DNA of 64,000 nucleotides from Chara braunii (Eukaryota; Plantae; Charophyceae): contig BFEA01000042.1 of the NCBI GenBank assembly GCA_003427395.1, positions 2,864,787 to 2,928,786 of the forward strand. The letters are read 5' to 3'. The translations under genes and the position numbers were made by a program. The notes under the pieces were generated by a model. That model was not told the DNA's origin. It did no database searches and was given only the letters and a program-made list of their open reading frames with translations. Of this stretch, positions 15,999 through 27,577 are shown in pieces. How positions within the stretch are numbered: position 1 is the stretch's first letter; every line of letters starts with the position of its first letter.

Positions 15999-18900
15999 AA
16001 CATCAGTCCTGCTGGAGGTAAGAGCACCGCCAAGATTCAATTTGAGGCCTTCCAGCAGATGGCTCCAATCTTTTTTTTTTTTTTTTTTTTTTTTTTTTGA
16101 GAACACCCCCACTGGTGCTTGTGGTGCTGATAAGAGCAGACACCACTACCACCCTGGGAGAGACTCCATCTATTGGTGGGGAGCATCACCTGCTGGAAAA
16201 CGGGTCCAGCGTCCCATGTACAAAATATAATAGGGGAACATCAGATGGCACCAATCTATTGGTGGTGAGTTACGAAAGAAAAGTAAGCTAATATATTCTT
16301 CTCTCATCTATCTCATCTTCTTGCCAGTACTCATCTATATCTCACCCTCTTGCTAGTCTGTGTATAGTATGGGGGAACACCAACCAACCCGGGGTAGGTT
16401 AGCACCAAAGCAGTGGTGCAAGAGCAAGTCTGTACCGGTCCCTCATCACGGCGACGAGGGATGGGCAGGCATTGCCCATGTGTGAAAAAGGCAAAATTGT
16501 GGCGGGTGCATTTGGCCATGTTCTAGGAAGAAGGTTCATACTCATTTTGCACATTTCGAGAATGGTGTGGCCATGCCCTAAAGCAGATACTGGGGCCATT
16601 ACCCGGCTTCGGCTACAGCTCAGACCCCAACCTCTATCAGTCTGACAGTAGCCCTTTCTGTAGCCAAGGGCAGTCTTTTTTTTTTTTTTTTTTTTTTCCC
16701 TTTTCAAAAGGGCAGCCGTTGTCGATTTCATCAGTATAATACTGTATACACATGTTTTTGTCCTTCTGCCAGGGGCAGGGGGAAGCATTCACACTGCAGA
16801 GGTCATCGACCCAAACGGTCCAAACCATCCTCAGAGTCCCCTTCTTCTCCTCCTCCCCCCCCTTACCCCCNCCCCCCCCCTCGTTCTCCTTTGATCTCCT
16901 TCAACATCTACCAGACAGGGGAGATTTTGTAGCCGTGGTGTAGAGAGCGGGTGCTGGGTACCAGGGTATGGCAATGATCAAACCCACCCTTAACAGTCTT
17001 GCGCTTCATCATCTCTTTCTTTCTTTTTTCTTTTTTTTTGTGGCTCCAATCTATTTGTGGGGAGTTGCTCAATGAAGCCTGACCTGTCGGGTCCTGGATC
17101 AGATCCTCAGCGGCACAGCGCAGTGCCTGACATATGCTGGCAGGCAGATCTCTTTCCCCTTACCTCCCAACCCCCCTCTCCCTTTCTTCTCCCCATGTCC
17201 CTCCATCCATGTCAGCTAGAGCCCGGATCGTTAGCTCCAACTTGAAGGTAGCGGAACCAAAAGTAACCCTGGGGCCATGTTCACACTAGCACTTTCCTAA
17301 ATGTATCTGACTGCAATTACGGCCCACATTCAATGCTTCTGGCTGTAATCACCTCGACAGCTCAGTCGAAAAAAATCATATTGTGAGCTTGCCCTGAGTA
17401 AGATCTCCCAGTCAGAGAAACAAAAGAAAACAAAAAAAAAAAGCATCCATGATCCAACAAAAGAAAAAGGGTTAACTAGTACGTGGAAGTCACAAAAACG
17501 AGTTAAAATTGCACTTTGGGGCAAGATACAGTTTGCAATTGCACTTTCGGCATCCTACCTGGCCAGAAAGCTGGGTTGTATACATTCAATTTGCCCGAAC
17601 TGCAATTGCAAACTGTATCTTGGGCCATACTGCAATTATAACTCATTTTTGTGACTCCCGTGTAGTTTCCCCAAAGAAAAAAGAACCAAAAAAGCTCCCA
17701 TCCTTTAGCTATGGAATGCCCAGTTCGGCGGTTCACACTCACGCAAGTAGCAAAAAGTATCTGATTGAACTCCTGAATGTGGTCGTGTCTTTGGAAAAGT
17801 GAAGAACATAGAAATTGAACTGCTTTTCTGCATCTCTGCAGAAAACGCATCCAGATTCAGGAGCTTAATCTCAGACGGTAACCCTCTTTCCTAGTGGGAC
17901 CTCACCCCAGGGTAATGCACAATCACCTCCGGTTACTGTAGCAGATAGCTCTCCCACTGAGATGGAATACTACCCACTGGCTGGGGCATGGCCCCACTAC
18001 GGTCATCCCCTGAGATGAAATATTACCCAGGGGCATGGCCCCACTACGGTCATCCCCTGAGATGAAATATTACCCAGGGGCATGGCCCAACTACGGTCAT
18101 CCCTGCACACAATGCACCTTCATGATAATTATGAATGCATACAAGCCATCTTCCCGGTTGGATGCATTGATAGTAATTACGGTGTGTTGTGCTTGGGCAA
18201 AGAAGGCAGCCCTAGGATGTCGAGTTCAGATCATGTTCNNNNNNNNNNNNNNNNNNNNNNNNNNNNNNNNNNNNNNNNNNNNNNNNNNNNNNNNNNNNNN
18301 NNNNNNNNNNNNNNNNNNNNNNNNNNNNNNNNNNNNNNNNNNNNNNNNNNNNNNNNNNNNNNNNNNNNNNNNNNNNNNNNNNNNNNNNNNNNNNNNNNNN
18401 NNNNNNNNNNNNNNCCTTTTTTTTTTTTGCCTTTTTTCCCTTTTTTTCCCGTTTTTCCTTTCGCCCCCCTCAGATTCTGAAAGGAGTATTAGCCGTGTAT
18501 ACAGAATTCGTGAAAACCAGACCAAAAAAAATGTCTGGTTTGCACGAAATTTGTTGAAAGTTCCTGAGAATTTGATTTTTTAGGCCTCTTGTGGGAGCAA
18601 AATTCCGTGTGATGTAAGATGACTAAAAAAAAATGATAGAAAAATACTTTTTGAGAAATGCTGGAAGTGGCGAGGAGAAACTTTAAGTAGGTATTGTGAC
18701 TAAAAAATAATAGCTAAGGGAAACACCTTATGTTCAGGAACCAAAATGTTACATTGAGTCGAATCAGACTTGGCTCAGGATTGTCTGTACTATTTACATC
18801 CCAGATTTCCCTGAATTTGAAAGCAATCACTTAATAAGTTTTCTTAAAAAGGCTCAATTCTATTTTATTTTTAAGTCTGTAGCGTATACCAATTCCGCCA

Positions 18901-21594
18901 TACCCCCTTAGTGCTGCATAGTATATTCAGAGTGTTCTATCTCATATATTGTATTATTGGATTACTAATTAGCAAATTATATATATGTAGAGAATCTCCA
19001 TAAATATTGATAGATGTCTTTATTTAATCAGGAAAAAAAATCCAGATAATTGTATTATTGCCTTTTTGAAAGGGATCATGAATAAAATAAAATGAATTTG
19101 TTCGGAGAATAATTAGTATGGTAATTGCTTTTCAATTTGCTTCATTTGCACTAGTAGCTATTTCTTTTATTCTGGTTGTTGGTGTACTAGTTATACTTGC
19201 ATCACCAGAAGGCTGGTCAAATACTAAAAATGTTGTATTTTCAGGTGCTTCTCTTTGGATTTTTTGAAAAATTATGTTATTCATCATGAATGAAACGAAG
19301 AATAGATATACTATTTAATTAAAAGAAAGTTTTTATATTAATACTAATAAATTAGTAATAGATAAAAAAATAAAACTCTCATTTTATTGAAACTTCAAAA
19401 CCTTAAGGAGGAAGGAAATTATGTCACCACAGACAAAAACTAAAGCGAGTGCTGGATTTAAAGCAGGGGTAAAAGATTATGGATTAACTTACTATACTCC
19501 TAAGTATAAAAGTAAAGATATTGACATTTTAGCTGCATTTCGTGTAACTCCACAACCTGCCGTTCCACCTGAACAAGCAGGTGCTGCAGTAGCTGTTGAA
19601 TCTTCTACTCGTACATGGACTACTGTTTGGACTGACGGAAGACCACACTTATAGTCCCATAAGCTGTGTAGCACGACAAAAGTTTTTGGGGGCTCCGTGA
19701 ACATGCGAAAATGTTATATTGTTTGTGAGTACATTTGCCCTAGTAATATATTCTCCAATGTCAAAGCAATTTTTTTTTATTTTTTTTTTTTACTTGCGTT
19801 TGACGAAGAATTTGAAGATGTCTCCTGAAGAAAAGTTGTTTGCATTATTATTTTACATAACATATATTTTTTGCCAAGGTTTTTTTTTTTTGACTTAAAA
19901 TTTGAATTATAATTCTATAAAATAGTTTTCTCAGGGATTGGTTTTTGGCCTAACCGTTGAAAACGGCTTAGAAAAATTAGTATTCATTAAAACCGTTTTT
20001 TTTTTTAAGCTTTCAAGTTCGCATCGCAGACCTTAAAGATTGTCTTGCTTAAGCTATGTTTCTTGCCACTCTCTTGAGAATGATGTATAGTCCTACAACA
20101 TGATTTTTGTTGGAAAACGGTTTTCCTACACTTTTTTTGGATCCCTTGACTTTTTGCATCTTTTTTTGACAAATACTACAGATAGTTAAAAACGTTTTTT
20201 TTTGTTTGCAAAATAGTACTTTGACTGGTAAGTATTCATTCTATTAAAAAAAAATCTGGTTTTGTAATTTTGTTTGGTTTTCACGAATCCAGTAAATTTA
20301 TTATGCTCACATCCCGAAAATAACCCTTTTTTTTTGCTTGTTTTTTGGGCTCCACTACAGGGGCCAAGTCCCACTAGCAGTGTTGAGTTTCCTCAACGCC
20401 TGAATCAAGACGTGTTGAGGAAACTAAACGCTGTTTCTGCACATCTCCACTAACACTTCCAGATTTAGGCGTTGAAGAAACTCAACACTGCTAGTGGGAC
20501 TTGGCCCCAGGGTGAGGCTCCGCCGGTTGAGGATGGCTGGAGACCTGAGTGCCCCTGAATTTCCTCCCTTTTCATGTATTTTGCCTTGGGTACTGAGCCC
20601 ATTTTAATTATTAAAAAAAACGATTTTTGGTTAAAACTTAAAAGTGGAAGGATGCCATCTGAACCATTCCTGCCGCTAGTGGGGCTAGGGGCCACACCGC
20701 CAGACTCTCAAGTGCACCCTAATCGCAAAATCCCGATTAAATTAAATTTTCATTACAGTTTTTCTTGGTTCCATGTGCACTAGACGAAATACTTTAAAGT
20801 GTTGCAGTTGAAACGGAAGCGGCGACGTCTGCAAACCCTGGCGCGTCTTTTCAGGAGTGCACAAGATCCTCTGGTCTGGGCAGCCCCAAGGGTCCGACAC
20901 GTGAACTCAAGGTAGTACCTCCACGGGGTACCTTGAGCTCAAGTGCGATTTTGCCCCGACCGTACTAAGGGCCTTGTTCGACACCAGTTGAACTCAGGGG
21001 TTAATGGAAAACTCTGCGTTCCACCCCCCTCCCTAATGACCCCCCTCGCCGTAATGTTTTCACTTCGAATTCCTGCTCTCTAGCAGTTTAGGCGTACCGG
21101 GGGTCTTCGTACGGACCGTGCGTACGGACGTACGAACGACCGTACGGGCGTATGGACAGTCTCCGTCTGAACGTGCCAGGGCCAAGTGTGGGGTTTGCGG
21201 AGGGGTTATGACCCCCAGGGATGGTAGGGGGGGTCTAAGGGGCCCTGTGGTATTTTTTTTTTTAAATGAAGAAAAACAATTGCCATAAAAAAGAGAGAAA
21301 AAAAAATAAAATCAAATGAATTTACCGCTAGAACATTGAAATATACACTGCCACACTTGCGTGTATGTGTGTGTGTGTGTGTGTTTTATATGAGAACACG
21401 ACGCTATCGCGAAGCTAATCACGGCGAGTTGCGCTTGAAAGTGCAACCAAAAGTCATACCATAAGAAGGCTGAGTGATCCACATCGTATGGAGAAGGCTA
21501 ATACACCCCAAACACAAAAGCAACAGATGTGCATACATCGACCTCTATCTTTCACCAATCCTACCAACACCACAAGACCATGGTCCGGAGGCAT
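10399..21594 (-). CDS. Spliced host gene of unknown function, ~129 aa; exons 21565-21594, 21460-21497, 20793-20837, 18143-18211, 17743-17835, 17353-17393, 13642-13679, 10399-10434
   Basis: All introns are GT-AG and phases are compatible with no stop: [129 protein letters not shown]. The five 3' exons are better supported than the three 5' exons. Confidence 0.6.
11695..12310 (-). mobile_element. 5'-truncated Penelope-like fragment (RT thumb C-terminus plus 3' UTR)
   Basis: [23 protein letters not shown] then, after a frameshift, [19 protein letters not shown] resemble the PLE RT C-terminus. A hammerhead and a (TTC)n tail follow. Confidence 0.65.
11799..11861 (-). ncRNA. Type I hammerhead ribozyme (minimal, Penelope-type)
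   Basis: Minus strand reads accc-CUGACGA-u-ggccagu..acuggcc-GAAA-cacgug-UA-gggu: complete core, 7-bp stem II, palindromic CACGUG stem III, GUA cleavage triplet. Confidence 0.85.
12537..13322. mobile_element. Non-autonomous hAT-like element (CAGGGTTRCC-type TIR family)
   Basis: Ends CAGTGTAACC / GGTAACCTTG; CCGAAC/TTCGG subterminal repeats; degenerate 8-bp TSD GTATTAGT/GCATTAGA; related terminus at 63831. Confidence 0.55.
13517..13571. repeat. 11-bp minisatellite (ATGGACTCTNG) x5
   Basis: Read directly from the sequence. Confidence 0.85.
14097..15066. mobile_element. Second copy of the hAT-like family seen at 1927-3767
   Basis: Left end CGATGTGGCACCCT, right end CCTAGGCCGCGGTTGTCAGTAC; TSD CCGGACAG / CCGTACAG. 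Confidence 0.65.
17469..17672. mobile_element. MULE-type foldback MITE (204 bp)
   Basis: ~80-bp imperfect TIRs (e.g. CAAGATACAGTTTGCAATTGCA / TGCAATTGCAAACTGTATCTTG); 9-bp TSD AAAGAAAAA. Confidence 0.75.
17958..18103. repeat. 47-bp tandem repeat x3
   Basis: CTGAGATGAAATATTACCCAGGGGCATGGCCCCACTACGGTCATCCC units at 17958, 18010 and 18057. Confidence 0.9.
18760..18907 (-). pseudogene. trnL: NUPT: plastid trnL(UAA) 5' exon (18873-18907) and start of its group I intron
   Basis: GGGGGTATGGCGGAATTGGTATACGCTACAGACTT followed by AATTGAGCC..TTCAAATTCAGGGAAA..CAATCCTGAGCCAA. The rest of the intron and the 3' exon are absent. Confidence 0.9.
19118..19267 (+). pseudogene. psbZ: NUPT: truncated psbZ
   Basis: [49 protein letters not shown]; 49 of the usual 62 aa. 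Confidence 0.93.
19421..19639 (+). pseudogene. rbcL: NUPT: first 73 codons of rbcL with upstream Shine-Dalgarno-like AAGGAGG
   Basis: [20 protein letters not shown]...[14 protein letters not shown], then homology ends. Substitutions at normally conserved residues. Confidence 0.97.
20361..20507. mobile_element. PIF/Harbinger-type MITE
   Basis: ~45-bp TIRs starting GGGCCAAGTCCCACTAGCAGTGTTGAGTTTC; 3-bp TSD CAG. Confidence 0.8.
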
Positions 21595-24500
21595 TAGGCC
21601 ATAAGACCACAAAAGGAAAGCAAAAGACAATCACAACTAGTCGCAGCGCAAGGCAGCGAGCCGAAAAAAACGACATAAGACAATCGACATGGCGTAAAAC
21701 AACATGCAGCAGCGAAAGGATGGAGGGTAAGAGGGAGGTGGGTGGACAAGCAAACAACAAAAAACAACAAAGCACACTGGGTGAAAGACATTGTAGCGGA
21801 CCTCTGGTTGGTCTGTGAGACCAGCCCCTTGGCCTGTTCTCACAGGCCTGTGTTCTATTAGGGGGCAGTCCAGTCCAGTCTAGGCCGGCACCTCTGTCGG
21901 TACCAGGCTACTACCAGCCAGTCCAGTCCAGTCCCGTCAGTCCGTTGGGGTATACCCCAGCAGTTGTCTGTTTTCGTCATAATTCTACACTCGCACAGTT
22001 TGGAGTACGTGCGCTGGAGTCTTGCGTGGGAGTTGCGTTGTGTTATCTCGCTCCTCCCTCATCCTCCATCTCCATCATCATCCCGAGCGGAGCACAACAC
22101 TAGGTGGGGCCGCTACATTGGTATCGGAGCAGGAACGGTCCCCACCCCCACCCACCACACCGCACGTATGGGAAAACGGCAAATTCCGACAACGGAATTT
22201 TTCGCTGTTTCCTTGCTGTTTTTCCGGAAAAACGAGGAAAAAAAAAAACGGCGGTGCAGCAGGTCGACACGCGGCGAAAAAGAGGACAGCATCACGACAC
22301 GTGCGCAGAAGCGCCAAGGCCAAGGCCGGCCGACGCACACGCACACAGCACGTGCCTACGCTGCCCCGCCCCGCCCCGCTCCCGGATTTATCTATTTTCA
22401 AGATCCAGGATGCAGCTGCTGCGGCTGGGGTTTGAACCTAGGCAGCTGTTGGGCTTGCGCGTGTGTATACCATTGCCATAACACACTCGCCACAGTGTGT
22501 CAATGACCTTGTAGCATGGCACACTCGTGTTGAAGAGGTGTCGTGCTGGCTATTTACCCCCCCCCACCAGCGAGTAGCGGCCAGCAGGGCAGCAACGGCG
22601 AGACTGTTATTTACGTCCCCCCCCCCCCCTGGCTGCTGCTGCCTGTGCACGTGGCCACCTGCAGTGCCACGTGGCAGCTTACAGTGGACTTGAAGACCCC
22701 TTGTTTCAGGGGCTGCTCTACAGTGGTGAGGGTCTGCTCACACATCAGACCCTAGATCTGCAGATCTGCAAAACTGTTGCTGCTAGGGGTTGATCAAGAT
22801 CTCATCCCCCTCTTCCTCCAGCTGGCTTGCTGCAGCAAAGGCCAAGACCCTCCTGGTCTTGGTATACCTTGTACCCTTGGAGACACCAAGAGCCAAGTAT
22901 CTCTTCTCTCTCTCCCCTCCCTCTACTAACCCACTTTCCCAACCTCTCCTCTCTCCTCTTACTCACCCCTTCTCTTTCCCCCACCTTCTACTGCATCTTT
23001 TCTCTCCTCTTTTTACCTTCCCCACCCCACCTTTCTCCCACCACCCACTCTCTTACTCTCTTTTCTTCATTTCTTTTATTTTCTTTCCCCTTTTTCTCCT
23101 TGCTTCTTGATCCCTCTCCACCTTTCCCCAACCCTCTTCTCCCCCAACTACCACCACATCATCCCCCCACCTTCCACTTCCATCTTTCTCTCTCTCCCAT
23201 CTATTTCTCTCTTTTCTCCTTCACTTTTTCATTCCCCTTCCCCCCTACTTCGAATTTTTTCTGTTTTTTCTTCTTTCTATCTCTCTTTTGATTTATCTTT
23301 TCTCTTCAAGTTTTTTCCAAAAAATTGAATTGTCTTCTCCCCCACATTCTTTTCTCATTTTTTGATTTATTTTATTTATTTTTTTATTTATTCTGAAAAT
23401 TCTATTTTCTTTACAACAACCCTAAATTTGATTAGGTGTTAGTCTTTCTTGCTTTCGGCACACGTTTTGACCCTGTGGGAGTGACGAAGTGCTGCCGAAA
23501 TTTTATGATCTTCTCTTACTTAGTCTTTTTCGGCACACTTCGACCCCATGGGGGTAACGAAATGCTGCCAATTTTTTTGAAAACTCAGATACTCCATTTC
23601 TCTCCACCTCCTCATCCACTTATTTACTTATTTATTTATTTATTTATTTATCTATTTATTTATTATTCCCTCATTTATTTTATGAAATTTTTTATTTGCG
23701 GCAGTTTGAAACCTAATGTGCTTATCTTGGTCTCTCCTTTCCCCTTGGCACATTCTTGATCCCATGGGGGGTAGAAAAATACTGCCGAAAATTTCAAAAA
23801 AATATATATATATACTTGTTTTCACATTTTGTTTACTTATTCCCTTTATTATTTTTATTATTTATTTTCCTTTGTTTTTCTCTTGAAATCTCGCTGCTTA
23901 TTTATTTTTCTCCCGCCTTCCCCCCATATGCTTGCTATTTTATTTTCTTGATTAGGTCACTGGTACCTTACCCNNNNNNNNNNNNNNNNNNNNNNNNNNN
24001 NNNNNNNNNNNNNNNNNNNNNNNNNNNNNNNNNNNNNNNNNNNNNNNNNNNNNNNNNNNNNNNNNNNNNNNNNNNNNNNNNNNNNNNNNNNNNNNNNNNN
24101 NNNNNNNNNNNNNNNNNNNNNNNNNNNNNNNNNNNNNNNNNNNNNNNNNNNNNNNNNNNNNNNNNNNNNNNNNNNNNNNNNNNNNNNNNNNNNCCCCCCC
24201 CCCCCCCTACTTCCCCTTCCTATTCGGGCACCCTGGACCCGAACCACCCCTCCCCCTTTGACGGCGCCCGCGCCAACCTTGCTAGCGATGTCCGCCGCCT
24301 TCTACCAAGGACCCCACCCTACGCCCTCCGCTCACGCGGACCTCCTCTGGCCCCCTCCAGTTCGGACCATCACCTCCCCATGGCCGACGGTGTGTCATAC
24401 GCCGCCAACGCGGCGACAACCATGGCACCGGTGTCGAGCGCATCTGTTCAGCACTGCACGTGGCAGCGCGGGACCCTCTCGGCCGCGTCACGCAGGAGTT

Positions 24501-26182
24501 GGACCCACCTCGACACAAACGCACAAATGAAGCTTCCTTAGGCCGCTCCAGCCGAGTGCGTCAGCCATACCTCTCGCGAGCCCCTACGACAGGATAGGGC
24601 TCACGCGAGGCACAACTTACCTCCACCTTACGGGAGCTGTCACCTCCCTTCGGTGGGCGTATCCCCACCGAGCTACGAGTCCACAATATGAAAACTACTC
24701 GGTTGCAATCGCAGAGATGAACCAGCCGAGGGCGTTTCTCGTTCGCTTTAGCATAGGGGGTACGCGCGGTAACACGCATATTGGACCCGCACGGGAGCCG
24801 GCATCGTGGGGGGCTGAAATCCCAAGCGCGACTCAACTTCGGTCGACTAAGACGCATCCCACACACCATGCGCACACCACTTTAACAAACACTAAAACAA
24901 CATACACCCACACGTACGTACGAAACGACACAACACAACTAACGCGACAACGCTCCTAGCCCCTCGGTAACCATCCCATTATTTTCGATGCGAAAATCGG
25001 ATAGGCGTCGCGCGCAAGACTTGATATAAGACCGCGCGGGCGCAGGGTTAAGCCATATCGACTCGCAATGCAAACGTACGCAAGCAGTCGCAATGATGGC
25101 GTACTATGTAGTGCTCATAATCAAGCGGTCCCTCGTGGATCCGAGTACCGCTTATGAGACTCAAGTGTCAGACTCGAAGTGTCGTGAGGGTCTAATCCTT
25201 CACGACATTGCACGGCTGAAGGAATAGTCGTGCAGCCGCCGCGAGACTTCCGGCCTTTGGTCTGAGCGTCTCGGTAGGCAAGGCGAATAGGCTCTGCACG
25301 GGGGCAGATTCCTTCCCTGCAGAGTCAAGGGCTTGGGATGTCCTGGACAAGGACCTTGAATCCCGGCCCAGGACCAACGTCCGACTATAAAATTCTAAGA
25401 AGCAAAAGATAAAAGGGGGTCCCCCCTTTCTCCCAGGCCATAGTCTAGTTAACCCCCGCGCATGGCCTTAGTAAGCCGCGCGCATACCCAAGGTACACAT
25501 AAATACATATATAAGGTTTATTAAAATAGAACGATCACTTGTCACAGTCACAGTGAGGCTCCTCTCAGCTATATATGTATGTAATCGCAGGCAGTCACAT
25601 CCAGAGTCCAAACCACAAACATACCCGCAATCACATCAAAGATTCAACCAGAAGTCCACGCACTACACGAGGTCAACTTCAACCATTCCTTACACTCATA
25701 CCCCTCGCTTTAGCTGTACAAGTCTCCCTCGTGCAACTCTTAAATAAATACTCATTACTTTTGTTGGATGGTCATTCAATAAAGTCCGGGTGAAAACACA
25801 ACAAAACAGTTCAATCACAAGGCTAAAGTCCTTAGGTTGAGTGACAGGAGTGGATTGGAGTTGAATCGTAGACCGACGAATCGGCAACCGACCTGTTATG
25901 AGTGATAACAGAAGATGATCCTCAAGGGATCAAGCTGAATCTCGTACTGAACTTGAACCAAACGATAAAGAGGACCTGTAACACATGACAGGTCAATGCC
26001 CCAGGCTAAGCCTAGTTAACTATATGGTTGAACCCCATATCACGATCTCACTCAAGAATTATCATAGTTAACTATATTTAAGCCTACCTCTAAGCAAGTT
26101 CCCAAAGAAAAGGTAGACTCATGGCAGAATCTCCCCCATTCAGGGAGAATCGCCAGAATAGCCATCTGTCAAAATATAATCT

Positions 26183-26720
26183 ATCTCCTTTAAATTAAGA
26201 AAATTTCGGCTGCGCATCCCGTAGGAAAAGTATCTTTCCAGAATTTATATAGGCTCAAATATTGAAAACGAAAATAATCTCTGACTTTGGAAAGTCAAAT
26301 TTTGTCCAACTCCCTGCTTTAGTAGAAATTTGGGCACCACTCCCTTTAGAAAGAGAGACTTCCCAGATTTATACTAAGTCAGATATGAACTCAAAAAAAA
26401 ACTTGAGTTCAATTTTAGGCCAGATTTAACCAACTCCTTAGTTTTGCAGAAATTTCGGCAGCACTCCCTTTAGAAAAATGTTTTTCCAAAATTTATACAA
26501 AACTAAGTCCAAATTTTAAGAATAACTTTGACTTTCAAAGTCCAATTTTGTCTAACTCCCTGAATTAGCAAAAATTTGGGCAGCACTCCCTTTAGAAAAT
26601 GAGACTTCCAAAATTTTAACTAAGTCAGATATGAGAAAAGACAAAGCTGAAATTTTGACAAGTCAAAATTCAACTAACTCCTTGGATTTGTAGAAATTTC
26701 GGCAGCGCTTCCCGTAACGA
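26183..26720. repeat. ~122-bp tandem repeat inside the LTR (also ~39560-40200)
   Basis: AAATTT(C/G)GGCAGCACTCCCTTTAGAAAA-like core recurring at about 122-bp intervals. Confidence 0.8.
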
Positions 26721-26905
26721 GCAACTAAAGCAACTACCTATCAACCTGAAACTCGGACTAAGTAGTGGCCTCACTCAGTCACTTGCAAACCAAACCACAA
26801 AGGTAAGTACTCTCACCAGCCCCAAGTTCATTCCATATAGATAGTTTATGAATTTTTTACGTCTTTGAACCCTTTTTCCCTCTTACATAAGACATAGGGC
26901 TGGAC

Positions 26906-27577
26906 CATTCGCCATGAAAACAATGCCCAACTTGCTTTTAAGATATACACGAACAGGTTGCACAACTACTTCTTTCTTCTTTTGGGCATATGACTAGGTC
27001 ATTCGGCATGGAAACAATGCCTAGCCGCCCTGAGCCGTTTAATATCCAAAATTTAGTATTTCTCTGACTTTTTTTTCAAAAAGGAAAGCAAATATGGGCA
27101 AGGGACTGAATCATTTGCCATGGAAACAATGTTCAGCTTGCCCAGACTATTTCCATTTATACTTTGAATTTTTCTCTTTCTCTTCTTGATGATATGGCTT
27201 AACGCTGGACAATTCACCATGGAAACAATGCCCATCCGCCAGTTCACATGCAAATATATATAAAGTATTTTTCATTTATACTCAGTTTAACTTATATGCG
27301 TGGTTTTTAGGCTAAACCATTCACCATGGAAACAATGCTTAGCCTTAGACCAGAAATCCTCCCTCAGAATAAACAAAAACTTAAACTCATTCAATCAGGC
27401 AAACCCCCAGAGTTAACTAGAGCAGCGAGGTCATTCACCATGGAAACAATGCCTGGTTCCCCAAAAAACAACTACATAAACACAACAACCATGTCATTCA
27501 CCTTAGAAACAATGCCTGGTCCTTCAGAAAACAATCAAATAAACACAACCCTTAGCTATTCACCATGGAAACAATGC
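26906..27577. repeat. Array of eight interspaced 21-bp motifs, CATTCACCATGGAAACAATGC (also 40400-41068)
   Basis: Copies at 26906, 27000, 27112, 27211, 27318, 27432, 27495 and 27557 with largely dissimilar spacers. Confidence 0.9.

Noticed and set aside
17084-18211. Possible selenoprotein: an alternative splice model (exons 18118-18211, 17743-17835, 17353-17393, 17084-17126) reads CLLC...IFFD-TGA-AVEALR with TGA at 17362-17364
   Set aside because: Using the GTATGC donor at 18142 and skipping the weak 17084-17126 exon gives a stop-free frame. No convincing SECIS was found downstream; the hairpin near 9295-9340 is poor.
19421-19654. Functional rbcL
   Set aside because: Only 73 codons, with damaging substitutions, in a nuclear repeat context.
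26906-27577. True CRISPR array, or RFX X-box cluster
   Set aside because: Eukaryotic LTR context, no cas genes, uneven spacer lengths and the same spacers in both LTRs. RFX factors are not known in plants.
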